This document shows positions 1-13,188 of a stretch of 51,575 bases of DNA, piece by piece. This stretch comes from Macrostomum lignano (Eukaryota). The notes below the pieces were generated by a model. It did no database searches, was not told where the DNA came from, and was given only the letters and a program-made list of their open reading frames with translations. Every line of letters starts with the position of its first letter. The stretch's first letter is position 1. Where the stretch lies: assembly GCA_002269645.1 (NCBI GenBank), contig NIVC01003536.1, positions 1 to 51,575 on the forward strand. Reading direction: 5' to 3'. The position numbers were made by a program, and so were the translations under genes.

Positions 1-19
1 TAAATATTTTCTAAAAGAA

Positions 20-186
20 CTTCTTCTAATGCATCCTATACTCCCTCTTCTAATGCATCCTATGCCTTCTTCTAATGCATCCTATGCCCTCTTCTAATGC
101 GTCCTATGCCCTCTTCTAATGCGTCTATGCCCTCTTCTAATGCATCCTATGCCTTCTTCTAATGCATCCTACGCCCTCTTCTAATT
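20..186. repeat. Minisatellite, 20-21 bp unit (CTTCTAATGCATCCTATGCC[C]), about 8 copies
   Basis: Unit read directly from the sequence, with minor variants (gcgtc/gcatc, cct/ct). Confidence 0.9.
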
Positions 187-739
187 GGGCTCTCTGAATC
201 ACCTGTCCTAACTAGAAGCGGCTCAGAGCAGAGAAGCCGCACCCAGAGTCCTGAGTCGTGAGTCACCTTAGCAGCAACCGGTTTTGCATAGCGCGCTTCC
301 CGCCGCCTTAGCACAGAGAAATCCCATTCCGGGAATTCCAGTCTGAGTGATTTTGCTTTTGATCAAAGCCTCTACCTCACCCCCTCCTCCAGTGCGGCTC
401 TTGAGCTCTCCAGGAAATGAGTCTCAGAACTGAAAGCAGAAGACGGCAGAAGCCAGAAAGCCGTTGTTCCTCTACGGGGTTGGGCGAAGGCAAATAGCCT
501 TGAGTCATGTTTCTATTTTTAGCTCACAATGCTGTCCAAGCCGATTCCTCTTTACTTTCGGCCCCCCCTCGATGCATTTTCTAGCGGGGAAAACCGGCAC
601 TGAATGCCACATCGCACAAAAGAGAAAAGCTGCTTTTTGGCTCAATGCCAGATCTCTTCTAATGGCTTTTTAAAGTTACAAGCTGATTTTTAGGTTGAGT
701 ATTTCATTATAAGGTTTGCCATTGCAGTTTGATGAAAAT

Positions 740-1513
<774 letters not shown>

Positions 1514-2260
1514 CACACAAGCTGAATGGAATTCATTTGGCAGCAAGTCATCATGATCAGTTCATCCACCCTAATCGATATATTTAGCACCGAAGAGGCT
1601 GCTCGGATGCAGACCGGGCTGAAACTGTCATCAAGAGATTAAGCGGGGCGATATGATGGTCGGTTGGCCTAAAAAAACCCAATCGGAATTGCGTGGGCGG
1701 CGCAAGTCCTCATATTTCCAGCCTCCCGGATGGCGGACTTTAAGGCCGGCCCAGTCAATATTTGTCTGCAGCCTGGGAGTCGCTCTGTGCCAGACGGAGC
1801 CTCCTAGTTTGCGTCACAGCGAGCGAATCAGGTTGGCAACTGGGGCGGATTTAGAACCGATTAAGGACAAACCAAACAGAGGATTAATCGCCCACCGCCC
1901 CTTTTTCCCCCACAATAAAAGCTGCCGCTATTCTTAGCTACTTGGGTGGATAAAAATAGCTGCCCGCCTGACAAGAGTCTCTCGGCGAGATTCGCGTACG
2001 CGGAGTGGATCCGCAACCTCCATAATAGGAGTGTGCACCCCCCCCCTGGCGCCCACCCCGGCCGCGAGGCTATCAGGGAAATAGCCCCCGTTGCCAGCTA
2101 GCGGAGGCCTATCTAGAGGGGGGTGGCTCAGCCAGCCAGCTCTGCTCTACAGTTTAGCTGACTGACGGGCGGATCCAGGAAGAGGGTGAGGGAGGGGGGT
2201 GGAGAAAATCGAGAGAGGAAGTTTCTGCGGGAAAGGGGAGTTGAGGGCTACAAGAGATGC

Positions 2261-2267
2261 TATAAAA
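2261..2267 (+). promoter_or_regulatory. Possible TATA box upstream of the PH-like ORF
   Basis: TATAAAA about 100-125 nt upstream of ATGs at 2359/2386. Motif only. Confidence 0.3.
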
Positions 2268-2385
2268 AGGGACCCGCATCGATGTGGGAAATTTTTCCCA
2301 AACTGAAGCAGCAATTCGTAACAGTTTAGAGCAGGGCAGCTGAACAGACATTTTATTGATGTGCTTTCAAGACGACGCCAAAGCG

Positions 2386-2826
2386 ATGAAGCTGAGCACG
2401 TCGGGCGCCGCGGTGCAGCGGCGGAGCAGCCGGGCGCTCATCACCCTGGTGCGGCCGGACCATCTGGCCACCCTGGCCGGTCGGCTCTGCCTGTTCGGCG
2501 GCGGCGGCGACGCCTCTGGCGGGCCCGGCTTCGTGGTGGTCTTCAGTGAGGCCACCGAGGAGGCGGCCGGGCAGCCGCTGGGCTGCCTGAGCCTTCGCGG
2601 GCTCAGCGCAGAGCCGCTGGGCAGACGGAAGCTCAAACTGGCCAGGCGAGGCGAAGACGGAGTTGGCCGGGCCTACTCGGTGGTCACCTTCGACAGCGAG
2701 GAGGAGCGGCGCGTCTGGCTGCGGCTGCTGGCCGACTGCCGGCTGTCCGGGCCGGGCCTGCGGCCAATCAGCGAGGACGAGGCCGCCTGCTACTGCGGCT
2801 CCGCCAATGTTGGCGTTGTGCGATAA
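2386..2826 (+). CDS. Small PH-like domain protein (about 146 aa from ATG 2386; alternative ATG 2359; could be the last exon of a longer gene)
   Basis: GC-rich island with coding-like codon use in AT-richer flanks. The translation has beta-strand-like segments (GRLCLF, FVVVFS, LGCLSLRG) and ends in a PH-type C-terminal helix with the conserved Trp (VTFDSEEERRVWLRLL). AATAAA at 3129-3134. Confidence 0.55.
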   Translation: MKLSTSGAAVQRRSSRALITLVRPDHLATLAGRLCLFGGGGDASGGPGFVVVFSEATEEAAGQPLGCLSLRGLSAEPLGRRKLKLARRGEDGVGRAYSVVTFDSEEERRVWLRLLADCRLSGPGLRPISEDEAACYCGSANVGVVR

Positions 2827-3787
2827 TTTCTATACAGTGTCGGATTTGAATTTGCGCCCGAATATTTCTGTTTTAATCGAGCGTCAGGACTAAATGACTC
2901 AGTGGTGCCTTTGAAAAAATTCAAGATACAGTTAGCTGTACAATATATATGTGCGGCATTCTTGTCCCGTATATAAAACTTTTTCCGTTCAATGCGTAAC
3001 TATAGGGAATGCTACACTTAATTTGTTTGTCCTTCAACTGCTATCAATTGCACTACTTCATGTTAAATTGACCGCATATTGCTGACTTACATAGTTGTAA
3101 ATTTGTTTAAACTATTAGATTTTAACACAATAAAATAGCACTGCAACTAGATGTACTTCAACTATCCCGCAGTAATTTTGAGTTCCCATTTCGTTGTCAA
3201 ATACGAAATAATTTCGCCATTTCGAGTTATTTCTACTAATAGTAGGCAAAAATACACAAGTTCAGAATTTGAGCGCGGCCAAAAAAATTTAAAAGCTCAA
3301 CAACAACTTCTCTGGAGAGAAATGCTCTGGGTGCAATGAGTGCTATAGTCTCTGACAGTGCACTGATAAAATACACGAGGACTTGAGGTTTAATAAAAAC
3401 CATAATGTACTGTATACTCGCAGTCTGTGACTGACCCTAGCTATGCCTCACCGCGTGTTCTCACGCTAGCTAACATTATTCGCTTATGAAATTCGCTTCT
3501 CTGCGCCAACTGCAGACTCCGTTTTTATTAGAGAAAATGAGTCTGTCTTATCTGGCTGTTTGTCTGAAGAAATCCGAAAGAAACGAACTTTGGCGGTAAT
3601 TACTTTAAAAATGTTAGACAATTAGATAAACATCTATCATTTGTTTAAAGACAATTTGAATTCAATGGCAGTTTTGTGATAAGAATAGGAAATATCCCCC
3701 ACAATAGCACATCACTTGCTCTGCTTGAAGAAAACTGGAATGCTGGTGAAACTCGTCACGTCGATATCGTAAGCAACGAATTGCAGC

Positions 3788-6700
3788 TCAAAGTGGCTTT
3801 GCGGTGCTCCGTTGATGAAGTGCATAGCTTTGCTGATGGTCCGCTGAAGACACCGCAAACTCCTGTGCCAGCGGAGTGAAACGGAACGCATAGAGATTGA
3901 TGGGCTACCATCCCCTCCAACCAAACCATCCTCACTTACCAAGCACAGATCCTTGTTCTCCTTGACCTCACAATCCAGCACTGTAGTACCGCTTTGGTAT
4001 TTCTGCACTTTCTTATAAGTCTGCAAGTTTTTATAGAAATTTTAAATAATATCATGACATCATCGCAAAGAGTTCTCCAGCCAGACATTTTGAACAAACA
4101 TTTTTCGCAATTTTCAACTCAAGTTCGGTGCGCCAGTCTTGCAGGAATCGAATGGCCAAGTCTGGCGCCACGGCCAGCACCAAACGCACAGCAGCAGCAG
4201 CCAGGACGAGGGCTGCCCGCTCAGATCAAAGTAAGTCCAGTAGTAAGTGAGCTGCTTGGATAGAAAAGCGGTTGAGATCCCGCTGTAGGCACTGAGCAGA
4301 ATCACGTATGTGACTGTGGAGAACAGGAAACCAATGAGCGTTGGCACACTGAAGCTGTAGGTGATGAGCAGGATGCGAGTGGTGACGCACACCAGAACGC
4401 AGGTGATCACCACCGTGCCGAACGCGTAGACATCGTACGCGTAGCCGTTCGAGCCGACCCAGTCGTTGGTCAGAAACACGGCCGCTACGCCAAAAAAGCA
4501 GCAGGCCGAGTGCCAGAGGCCCAGCGCGCACCACAGGGCGAGTTGGCCCCAGGACAGGCGCCGATTGTTAGCGATGCCTCGATAGAGACGTGGCTCGGAC
4601 TCCAACCGCTGTCGAGGCAGGTGCTGTTCAAACAAGCCGTAGAGAAAAATCGGCAATGAAGTCATGGTCATGTTGTAGAGAATGAAGAACGCCGTGTCGT
4701 ACATTGGCTGGGCGCTGAATGCGGAGAAAAACGCGAAGAAAAAGGGAGGCATAACGAACACAATGCTCTTGTAAAAACAGTACAGAACGAGATTTGAGAG
4801 TCGAATGTAGAACAGGTGGCCGTGGAACAGCAGGGCGGTGCGAGTGAACGCGAACCTGGCGAATGCGTAGTCGGCGTTGAGAGCGGCGGCCCGGCCCTCC
4901 TTGCCGAAGATGCCGATTCCAACGTGGGCCTCTCGGATCATAGAGACGTCGTTGGCTCCGTCGCCGATCGCGCAGGTGGTTGGCTCGGGCCGAACTCCAT
5001 GCTTCACCATGGCGATTATTCTGGCCTTCTGCAGAGGCGTGCAGCGGCAGCACAAAACTGCGGCTGTCTTGCAGCACAGTTCTAGGAACGAGTCCCTCAG
5101 GTCGGGGTGCTCATCGGACAAAATAAATTGCAGCGAGTCACCGTCGACAATCGTGCAGAAATTTATCGGAATTGACACTTTGGACGCCTCAATCATCTCA
5201 TGTCCGCTGCTCACACTCTCGCGGCAGACATCCGCCGACAGCTGCTCCACAATGCGGATGCGCTGCATGGATTCCACAAAGTGTCCCGATGACAGGCTGA
5301 TGTTTTCGGCTGTCTCGCGCTTGTCGCCGGTGAGCACCCACACCTGGATGCCTGCCTCGCGCAGATCCGTCAGCGTCTCGCACACGCCTGGTTGCAGCTC
5401 GTCTTCGATAGCTGTGAGGCCCAGCGCTTCGAGGCCTTGCTCTATCGACCTGGTCGAAGAGAGGTTTATGGGAAACCTGTGGTGATGTAGTACAAGGGTC
5501 CTAAATCTACAGGTTGCGACTGCGAACTAGGTTGTGGAATTTCTGCACCTTTAAAAAATATCATTTTAGCCTACTGACCATTTCAGACTTTCAGCTGTGG
5601 ATTCGATCTGTTATCTCATCGGATCTGCTTGAAGTCTCTAACCGTTATTGTTGCCTTCTTCTGTACCATTACCTACTTAAGACCAAATGTTGCACTAAAA
5701 AGTACTCACATGTACACTTCCGTCAGCTTGGCATCTCTGTTGGCTACATCTATCTCGGCGATGGAGAATTGCAACTTTATCTGCTCATACTCGGCTTCTG
5801 TCAGCTCTTTGTGTCCGATTGCCAGCACTCTCAGACCTTGGACGGCGAATTCGGCGGAGAACTTCACAATAGAATCCTTGTCTCCTGTGCAGCACTTCTC
5901 CAGCATTGTGCTTTCGGCTCCTTTCGTTAGCAGCCAATAAGCGCCGTCGGCTCTCTGCACGATGACCGACATGCACTTGCGCTCTGAATCAAACTCGAGC
6001 ACGTGCAGTAGCCGGAATTGCTGAACAATGCACTCGCCATTGGCACTAGACAGGCTGACTGTGCTGACCCCGCCCTCAGTGCCGTGGAAAATTATCCCAA
6101 AACTACGGGCGGCCTCAACAAAAGCCTTCTCATCTGGAGAGCTGGCCTGGTAGGTGTAATCCTCCGCTTCAAGTGTAGAGAATGCATACCGATTTTGCTC
6201 ATCATTGCCATACGCCGTAGGCCGTTCAACTCGAATGGTGTGGCACAGGGCCAAAACGGTAAAGAACAGCAGCTGTCGGTCTCCCAGCCTCTCGCACCGA
6301 CTCAGTCGTTGTCCACCGCAGCTGTCTGTCTCCCAGAGTTCACCACTGAATTCACTGAACGTACGTCCGTCTACCGAGCAGTGTCTGAAGGTCATTTTGT
6401 TCTCGGTAAGAGTGCCCGTTTTGTCCGAAAATAAGTACTGAACTTGTCCGAGTTCCTCATTCAAATCGGATGTGTTTGCTCTCGCTGGCATTTTCTCGCC
6501 CGTTTCTGGATCCTCGTAGTACATGCTCAAGTCATACTCAATAAACTTCGAGCTAACAAACTTCGTTACCTCCATTGTCACATATAGTGCAATAGGAATC
6601 ATGTAGTTGAACAGTATTAAGTAGCCCATAAAATCTTGAATTATTCGATATGGTGTCAATTGCTCGACTGGCAGGTACCAAGCCCCAGTGACTGTTGTTT

Positions 6701-7751
6701 TATGATTCGCGTAGCTCCATTTCATAGCAGAGCAAACAATTACCATAAACAGTAGAACGCCCAGGAGGCACACAAGAAATTTGTCCAGGCGACGCTCAAT
6801 GACGGACTTTTTGGAACGGCCGTACTGCGAATTCAGCTGCATCTTGGTCTCTTGACCAGTGTACACGGCCACTCCCATTACATGCTTGGTGTTCCGCAGC
6901 ACTGCCCCGCGAAGAAGAAGGTTCTTGATGCTCAGGGAAACTTGGTACGGCAATCCCGTGCTCAATCGGACACTGATATTTCCCTTAAATTTGTACAGAT
7001 CTGCAGTGGGCTGCTCGCAGTCTATCTGAGCACGCAGGTTTGCACCTATGTCGGCGGCTGTCCTCAGGTGTCTGGTCAGCTCCACGGAGTGCACAGTCTT
7101 TAAGTTGGACTCGCCGTCTAAGTTAGCTGTCGTTATGCGACATTCTCCTACAAGCGGACCAATGATGCTAAACTTTAAGCTATTTTCCTGAAAAAAAGTA
7201 TAGAACTAAGTGTATTTTCTTATAGGCTCACCTGTGTCCTCAGATGACGAAAGCAGAATCAGGTCACAGGGAAAGCTTTCATTTTGATGTATCCGTACAA
7301 CATCGCCAACCTGAATCTCTAGGGACTTTATATCAACTAATCGATTCTCCCTGACAACTTTAACAGGAGCCAAATTTACTGTGTCGTCAGACTTGTGCCT
7401 CAGAATGTCTTCGTAGGCCTGTTTGACTGCAGTGGCACCGAGCACAAAAGCCAGAGGCACAAATGATGAGGTTGGGCTCACCGGAGCATCAATAAGCAAT
7501 TGAGTTGTGGCCGCAATTAAAAAGTAAAAGTTGGCTACGCGAGTGAATTGTTCCAACATATTCTTTATTAGAAAGTTGTAGACAGTGTAGCGAGATGTGA
7601 CAACCCGATTGTCTGGATATAATTGTCCTTCTAGTAGTGCATCACTCAATCCGATGCGCTTGTGGTTGACGAAGACAGTTCTGAACTCTCCATAGAAGAC
7701 AGGTTTTTGCACGCCGAAGAAGGCTAAAAGGTTCTCAAGCCATCGGTGCAT
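3788..7751 (-). CDS. ATP11: P4-type ATPase phospholipid flippase, ATP11-like. Exons 7751-7232, 7147-5710, 5449-4100, 4020-3940, 3862-3788; about 1154 aa after restoring one missing base near 4182-4184
   Basis: Motifs: LDGESNLK (actuator), NYMIPIALYV (TM4), DKTGTLTEN (phosphorylation site), FDSERKCMSV, VLTGDK, IGDGANDVSM. TM1-2 'QLLIDAPVSPTSSFVPL...KQAYEDILRH' resembles ATP11. Introns 7148-7231 and 5450-5709 are GT-AG, phase-compatible and restore conserved motifs. The last two exons (introns 4021-4099, 3863-3939) are less certain. Minus-strand AATAAA at 3524-3529. Confidence 0.92.
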
Positions 7752-9859
7752 TTTTGGCAGTTTCTAATGTCGAAGAATTTATGTAGTTTTAGCTCGTAAC
7801 TATAAAGCGTTTATAGTTGACCTGAAAATGTTCGAGTACATGTGGAATTTTAATTTATGCAGAGATAAGCCACCTAGAAAAATTGATACGAATCAATGAT
7901 TTTCTGGTAATGCTGTATGTGCAAATTTGCTCGTACCTGAAGGCACTACACTCAGATATTCACATCAGATTTTTTTCGATTGTTCAATTAGTCCAAATAG
8001 AAATTTGGTTGCCATTGGTCATTGGCTTGCGAATTTACGATGGATAATTCTCTGCTGTTAAAATTCATGAAATTGTTGCGATGTGGAGTTCTGTAATAGT
8101 ATGTCAGTCCGTCATCGTGTAGTATGCTTGTTGATGGAGTTCGAATTTCAAGTGGTATTAATTAAGAATGGATTTCACTTACCTTCAAGTTCTTACAAAT
8201 GCTTTATTATTGAGTTTATTCAAAAACAACAAAAATGTGCAGATTTGCTGCCAAAAAAGAAAACGGTACCATCTATTGGTACGGAGCTAGCTGGTTTTGT
8301 GAATTTAAATCACTGCCAAAAACTGATGCCGCTATTAAAACCACAAAAAAATCTGTAATAACTGAAGTAATTTTTTTCAGTGTGCACAGAGTCACTTACT
8401 TTTTTATTATGAATATCCTAAGCCCTTACGTAATTTTTTCAGTTAAAAAAGGTGATCAAAATCATAAGTAATCATGCCAATGGTTCGTGTTGATCGGCAT
8501 TTGATACCAATGGTGTTGCAACTTACTGGTGATTGTCTGATTGGAATGGCACTGCCACATCTAACCCCTCGACTTACTTTTTCTCTGATTTACTAGGCCT
8601 ATTATTTTCGACTTTTATTGATGATGCTTAAAATCTAACCAATGATTCTAGCGGTCTGTTGGCTTGGCTGTGTGGTGTTGTTGCTAGTCATTGGGACTCA
8701 GTCATGCTAAGTTGTTATTGCTAGCGATGACGATTAGACTAGTTAACTTGACTTAGGACTAATTCAGTAGATTTCTTTTTGCATTATTTGGCTAAAAAGT
8801 AACTCATAACGAGTTATTTAGCAGAAATGCATAAATCACTATGTATGCTAGGAACTTAGTACCTACTTGCTATTGTCCTAGTGATTAATTGCAAAGCTAT
8901 AGGAGTAGGAAGCTACAGCTTCTAATGTTTTGGCATTTGGAGTCTAGTTGGGCTTACTTTAGGCATATTTCTACATCATTAGCTATACATTTTTAATAAG
9001 CCTATTAGTATTATATTAATTACTGTAAATTTTTAAGACTCATACATATAATAGGCCTTAAGGCTTTAATCTAATTTAACAAGGCCTATTTTAAACTTAA
9101 ATCAAAGACAACTAAAACACTTAGGTCTAGGACACAAAATAAGCAAAATCATAATAAAAAAGTTAAGTTAGAGGCAGTTAAAATTGTTGGCAACCAGTTT
9201 TTTATATATTAAATAGGCTGCATAGGCCTACATTACAATTAATGATCAGCTTGGTTGTTTAAAAGACTAAGGTCCCATTTCTATTATTTTTGCTTCAAAA
9301 GGTTTAGTAGAAAGTTCTCTTAAAGGTTTTTTAAATATTAAATATTTTCTCATTTTCTTTGACTTTTAGTAGGCCTAGTATTAGTAAAAAAAAGCTATAT
9401 TGTTGTAGGTGTCTTTACTATTATTGTATTTTTATTCCGCTATGCCACCAAGTTGTCGCAGGGGATATTTCTGTCTGTTAAGATCCCACTGCTGTTACCA
9501 AGTTGTACCAGGGGGTGTTTAACTATTGTAGACTATCCTACCGATGTCACCAAGTTGTCGTAGGGCTATCCACTTCCTAGTTTATAATCACGCTGCTGCT
9601 TTAAGTTGTTGTAATTTAGAATAGTTATTACTCCATAAAATTACTTAGTCAATTATTGTTTCTTAGAAAACATTAGGTCTAGAATTCTAATCTAAGGACT
9701 CCTTGAATCTATGCAAGTCGCCCTGGTAGCAGTGTCGAGCGGCAAACACTGGTCTACATGTAGTTATGAATCTCACTACTATTATTATTACTACTATTAA
9801 TTCCCTATATTTAGTTGCAGGCTCCCTGGGAAGGAGTTGCCCGACTCGTCAACCGTCTA

Positions 9860-10075
9860 TTTTTGGCTTCTCACAGCTTTCCTGGCCTCTTACGGCTTTT
9901 TCTGGCTTCTTACAGCTTTCCTGGCCTCTTACGGCTTTTTCTGGCTTCTTACAGCTTTCCTGGCCTCTTACGGCTTTTTCTGGCTTCTTACAGCTTTCCT
10001 GGCCTCTTACGGCTTTTTCTGGCTTCTTACAGCTTTCCTGGCCTCTTACGGCTTTTTCTGGCTTCTTACAGCTTT
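9860..10075. repeat. Minisatellite, 39-bp unit (TTTTCTGGCTTCTTACAGCTTTCCTGGCCTCTTACGGCT), about 5.5 copies
   Basis: Near-identical units read directly. Confidence 0.93.
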
Positions 10076-11560
10076 TCTTACTTCTAACAGCTTTCTCTCC
10101 TGTCTTGCTTTCCAGTGACTAAGACAACACATTTTGCTTTCTTAACCGAATCAAGGAAACGGTTATATGAAGGAAACGGAAAATGTGGTTTTAAAGCCCG
10201 AAAAACGCTTGTATTTATAGTCTCAAAAAGGGGAGGTGGGGTGCGCGGGTCGTGAATAAACAAATTTCTTTATAGCGGTTTAACAAAATAATTTTCCCAA
10301 ATAAAACAAACCCATTAAAACAAAGATTTCGTTCTAACAAAAATGCGTTGTTAAGCGTAGTTTGGCGGAAATTTAAAATCATGGTTATGTGAATATTAAA
10401 CACATCGGGCCTGCCTCAATATTATAGAGTACAATATTTAAGCACATAAGAAAAACACAAAGAAAAGGTTTAAACTCAATATAGTATCTATAAAATTATA
10501 AAATCAAACTCAATATAACCTAATACAAGTTAGTTTGCCAGACATATATAGTACAATATGTAGAATATAGCCTACAAGGTATAGGGTACACTGGTACAGT
10601 GCAGTTTACTACTACTGTCTGCAATGCTACATAAGTAAATAAATGAATGATAAATCAATAGCAAAAGAGTGAGAGCAGAAGAAAAGGAAGAGAAATAAGG
10701 TACTTCCATTTTTCAATAAGCTTAAACACACAAAGTGTGCTATCCCCTCTCCTTGTCCTTCAGTGTGGTGGTGCATAGGTAAGTCACAACTAAGTTGTAC
10801 CAAATGGATGAAATTTTGAGGTTGGGCATATATAACCTATCTAAGAAGAAACTCATATGAAGGTCTATAATTATATAGAAAAAACTGGGGTTGGGGTATT
10901 AAGTGCAGATATATATTTAAGCATGGGATAAATGGGCCTATGAAAAGAAAAAAGTTAAAAAATCTAAAATGATGCTTAAGCAAGGCAACTTGTACTTGAA
11001 GAATAGAATATATAAAGAATTAGTATTAAATAGAATACATTTTAGGAAGAACCCAGATAAGAAACAACTGAACTATATATGAAAGAATTTAGTTTAGAAA
11101 ATTAATAATTCCAAAGTTGAATATTTAAAAATATACTGCAAATTCATTGGCCTCCTAGTTTATAAGTCTCAAATCAAAACTAACATATGCATCATAAATA
11201 TATAAATAGAAAAGTTTGGGGTAAAAAAACTTGAATTAAAAGTGTTTTATCTACATTGAATAAAAATAAGTAGACTTACCAAGAATGATAGCAATCAATG
11301 TATGCTTATCAATTTCTAAATCCTTGACAACTACTTAGAATATTACCCATTTGGTAAAAAGTATATACTAAATCTTAAATTAAAAATTAAAAATTATATA
11401 TGATGCATTAGTAGCTCATATTGCTTTTTAAAATACTTTAAATGCTTTAACTTGCATTAAATAAGAATTTTCAAATAGAAGACATTTCCATCTAATTGTG
11501 GTAGAGTTGCTCGCTTAATTAATAGCAAATAAATAAAGCTTAAGATCAACATTTATGGCG

Positions 11561-11605
11561 AAAACCAACGCGTTTCAACCCACTAGGGCCGTCGTCAGGG
11601 TATAT
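11561..11605 (-). ncRNA. Minimal type-I hammerhead ribozyme motif (left arm, identical copy on minus strand)
   Basis: Exact reverse complement of 12191-12235. Confidence 0.65.
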
Positions 11606-12190
11606 TTTATCACTGAACGAAACACTCAATATAAATAAGCAAACGATTGTACTATCTCAAGTGTCAAATTGAAAACGGGAGGGTAACCAATGTACGAAAA
11701 ACATAAAAAACTAGGGGTTGGAGTTAAGCGAGAATAATGAGAGAGAGAGAGAGAGAGAGAGAAGGCAAACAGATGTAAAAAAACAAAATGTACGCGCAAC
11801 AAAAAATAGTCAAACTCAAAACACCCTAAGAAGGTGGCCCACACCACTATGTAGCAATTGCACATTGAGACTGGGATTTTGAGCTTTGATGTGCAGCACT
11901 TCAAGAATGCTAAGCTTGAATTCAGAGATTGAATTGAATTCAGAGAGCTACATAGTGGTGCGGGCCACCTTCTTAGGGTGTTTTGAGTTTGACTATTTTT
12001 TGTTGCGCGTACATTTTGTTTTTTTACATCTGTTTGCCTTCTCTCTCTCTCTCTCTCATTATTCTCGCTTAACTCCAACCCCTAGTTTTTTATGTTTTTT
12101 GTACATTGGTTACCCTCCCGTTTTCAATTTGACACTTGAGATAGTACAATCGTTTGCTTATTTATATTGAGTGTTTTGTTCAGTGATAAA

Positions 12191-12235
12191 ATATACCCTG
12201 ACGACGGCCCTAGTGGGTTGAAACGCGTTGGTTTT
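12191..12235 (+). ncRNA. Minimal type-I hammerhead ribozyme motif (right arm)
   Basis: CTGACGA (12198-12204), extra C, stem II GGCCC-TAGT-GGGTT, GAAA (12220-12223), palindromic stem III ACGCGT, putative GUU cleavage triplet (12227-12229), short stem I (ACC/GGT). Confidence 0.65.
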
Positions 12236-12405
12236 CGCCATAAATGTTGATCTTAAGCTTTATTTCCATCTAAATTATTAAAAATAAAATGATTAAACTT
12301 AGTAATTTGGTCACAATAGACAAAGAAGCTAAGAAATAAGCAAAGAAATCTATATTAGCATTATTTTTGGTTTTTAGCAATGCCACATGCTATACTAGTG
12401 CTAAT

Positions 12406-13188
12406 GGCTCATTCCATATAAGCACGGTTGTAACATGACAGGCTATTTTTACTTATAATATGAAATCTAATAATAGAATATACTAAACCAATATTTTAAA
12501 TGAAAGATTATTTTGTCTAGAATATATTTATAGAGTTTCATATAGATATCATCATTAGTATAGATGCTATTAAACCTTAAATGACACTTATGGTCGTAAC
12601 CACATTTGACATATATAAACTAAAAGATAAAAGTCTTACAACATTTTTCATTTTTGATATTTTGCAATACATTTTTAAAATTTGACTAAGAACATCTGTA
12701 GAAATCATACTCTTTTATTAGAATATATAAACTCAAAAGGCAACAAAGATACAAAAAAGGCAGCCTTATGGTCGTAACATTATGGTTGTAACATATTTTT
12801 TTCTGTCAATTCAGTAACTGAGGTACTAATACATAAAAAATATAATCGATTATTTGGTCACCAATGATTTTATCTGATGATGCAAGTACTATACTTTTAT
12901 CTATAGTTTGTTTCAACCTTCAAAAGCTTTCTATTTGTTTTTAAAAGGTACAAAATCTTAATGGTGTCTTTTGCTTTGAAAAATGTCCAAATTTTTACAA
13001 AGATGACTTTTTGCTAATTGATCCAACATTTAATCTAATACTAATCCAACATTTTACCACTCCTTTATTCTTAGATTGTATATATTGCACATAAAAACAG
13101 TTGGTAAAAATAGGCTAATAAGGCAATGGCAAGCAAAAATATTGACTTTTTTCTATTTTCCAAATGTCTATCTTATATGGAATGAGCC
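12406..13188. mobile_element. Non-autonomous DNA transposon (MITE-like), 783 bp, superfamily unassigned
   Basis: Perfect 17-bp terminal inverted repeat GGCTCATTCCATATAAG (12406-12422 / 13172-13188), flanked by TAAT on both sides. Four internal copies of an A[C/T]GGT[C/T]GTAAC motif. Confidence 0.7.

Larger units (their letters stand above)
11496..12261. mobile_element. Palindromic Penelope-like (PLE) pseudo-LTR remnant: inverted arms 11531-11855 and 11947-12265, 91-bp spacer, about 35-bp tail on the left
   Basis: Arms are identical except 3 substitutions and (GA)12 vs (GA)9. Direct repeat ATTTCCATCTAA at 11484-11495 and 12262-12273 (candidate TSD). Each arm carries a hammerhead core. Inverted pLTRs, short tails and minimal hammerheads are known PLE traits. 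No RT or GIY-YIG ORF was recognised. Confidence 0.7.

Noticed and set aside
4178-4190. Programmed ribosomal frameshifting at the flippase and RRM2 frame breaks (also 43678-43690)
   Set aside because: No slippery heptamer or obvious stimulatory structure; both are fixed by one base in a short homopolymer, which fits sequencing indels better.
7822-7936. Possible 5'-UTR intron or trans-splice acceptor of the flippase gene
   Set aside because: TTTTCAG acceptor and a GTACGA donor exist on minus, but without transcript data they cannot be told from chance.
8480-11480. Possible decayed retroelement ORF in the AT-rich DNA left of the palindrome
   Set aside because: No RT, GIY-YIG or convincing zinc-knuckle motif in the frames I inspected; three loose ACCAAGTTGT repeats at 9.45-9.56 kb are not enough for a call.
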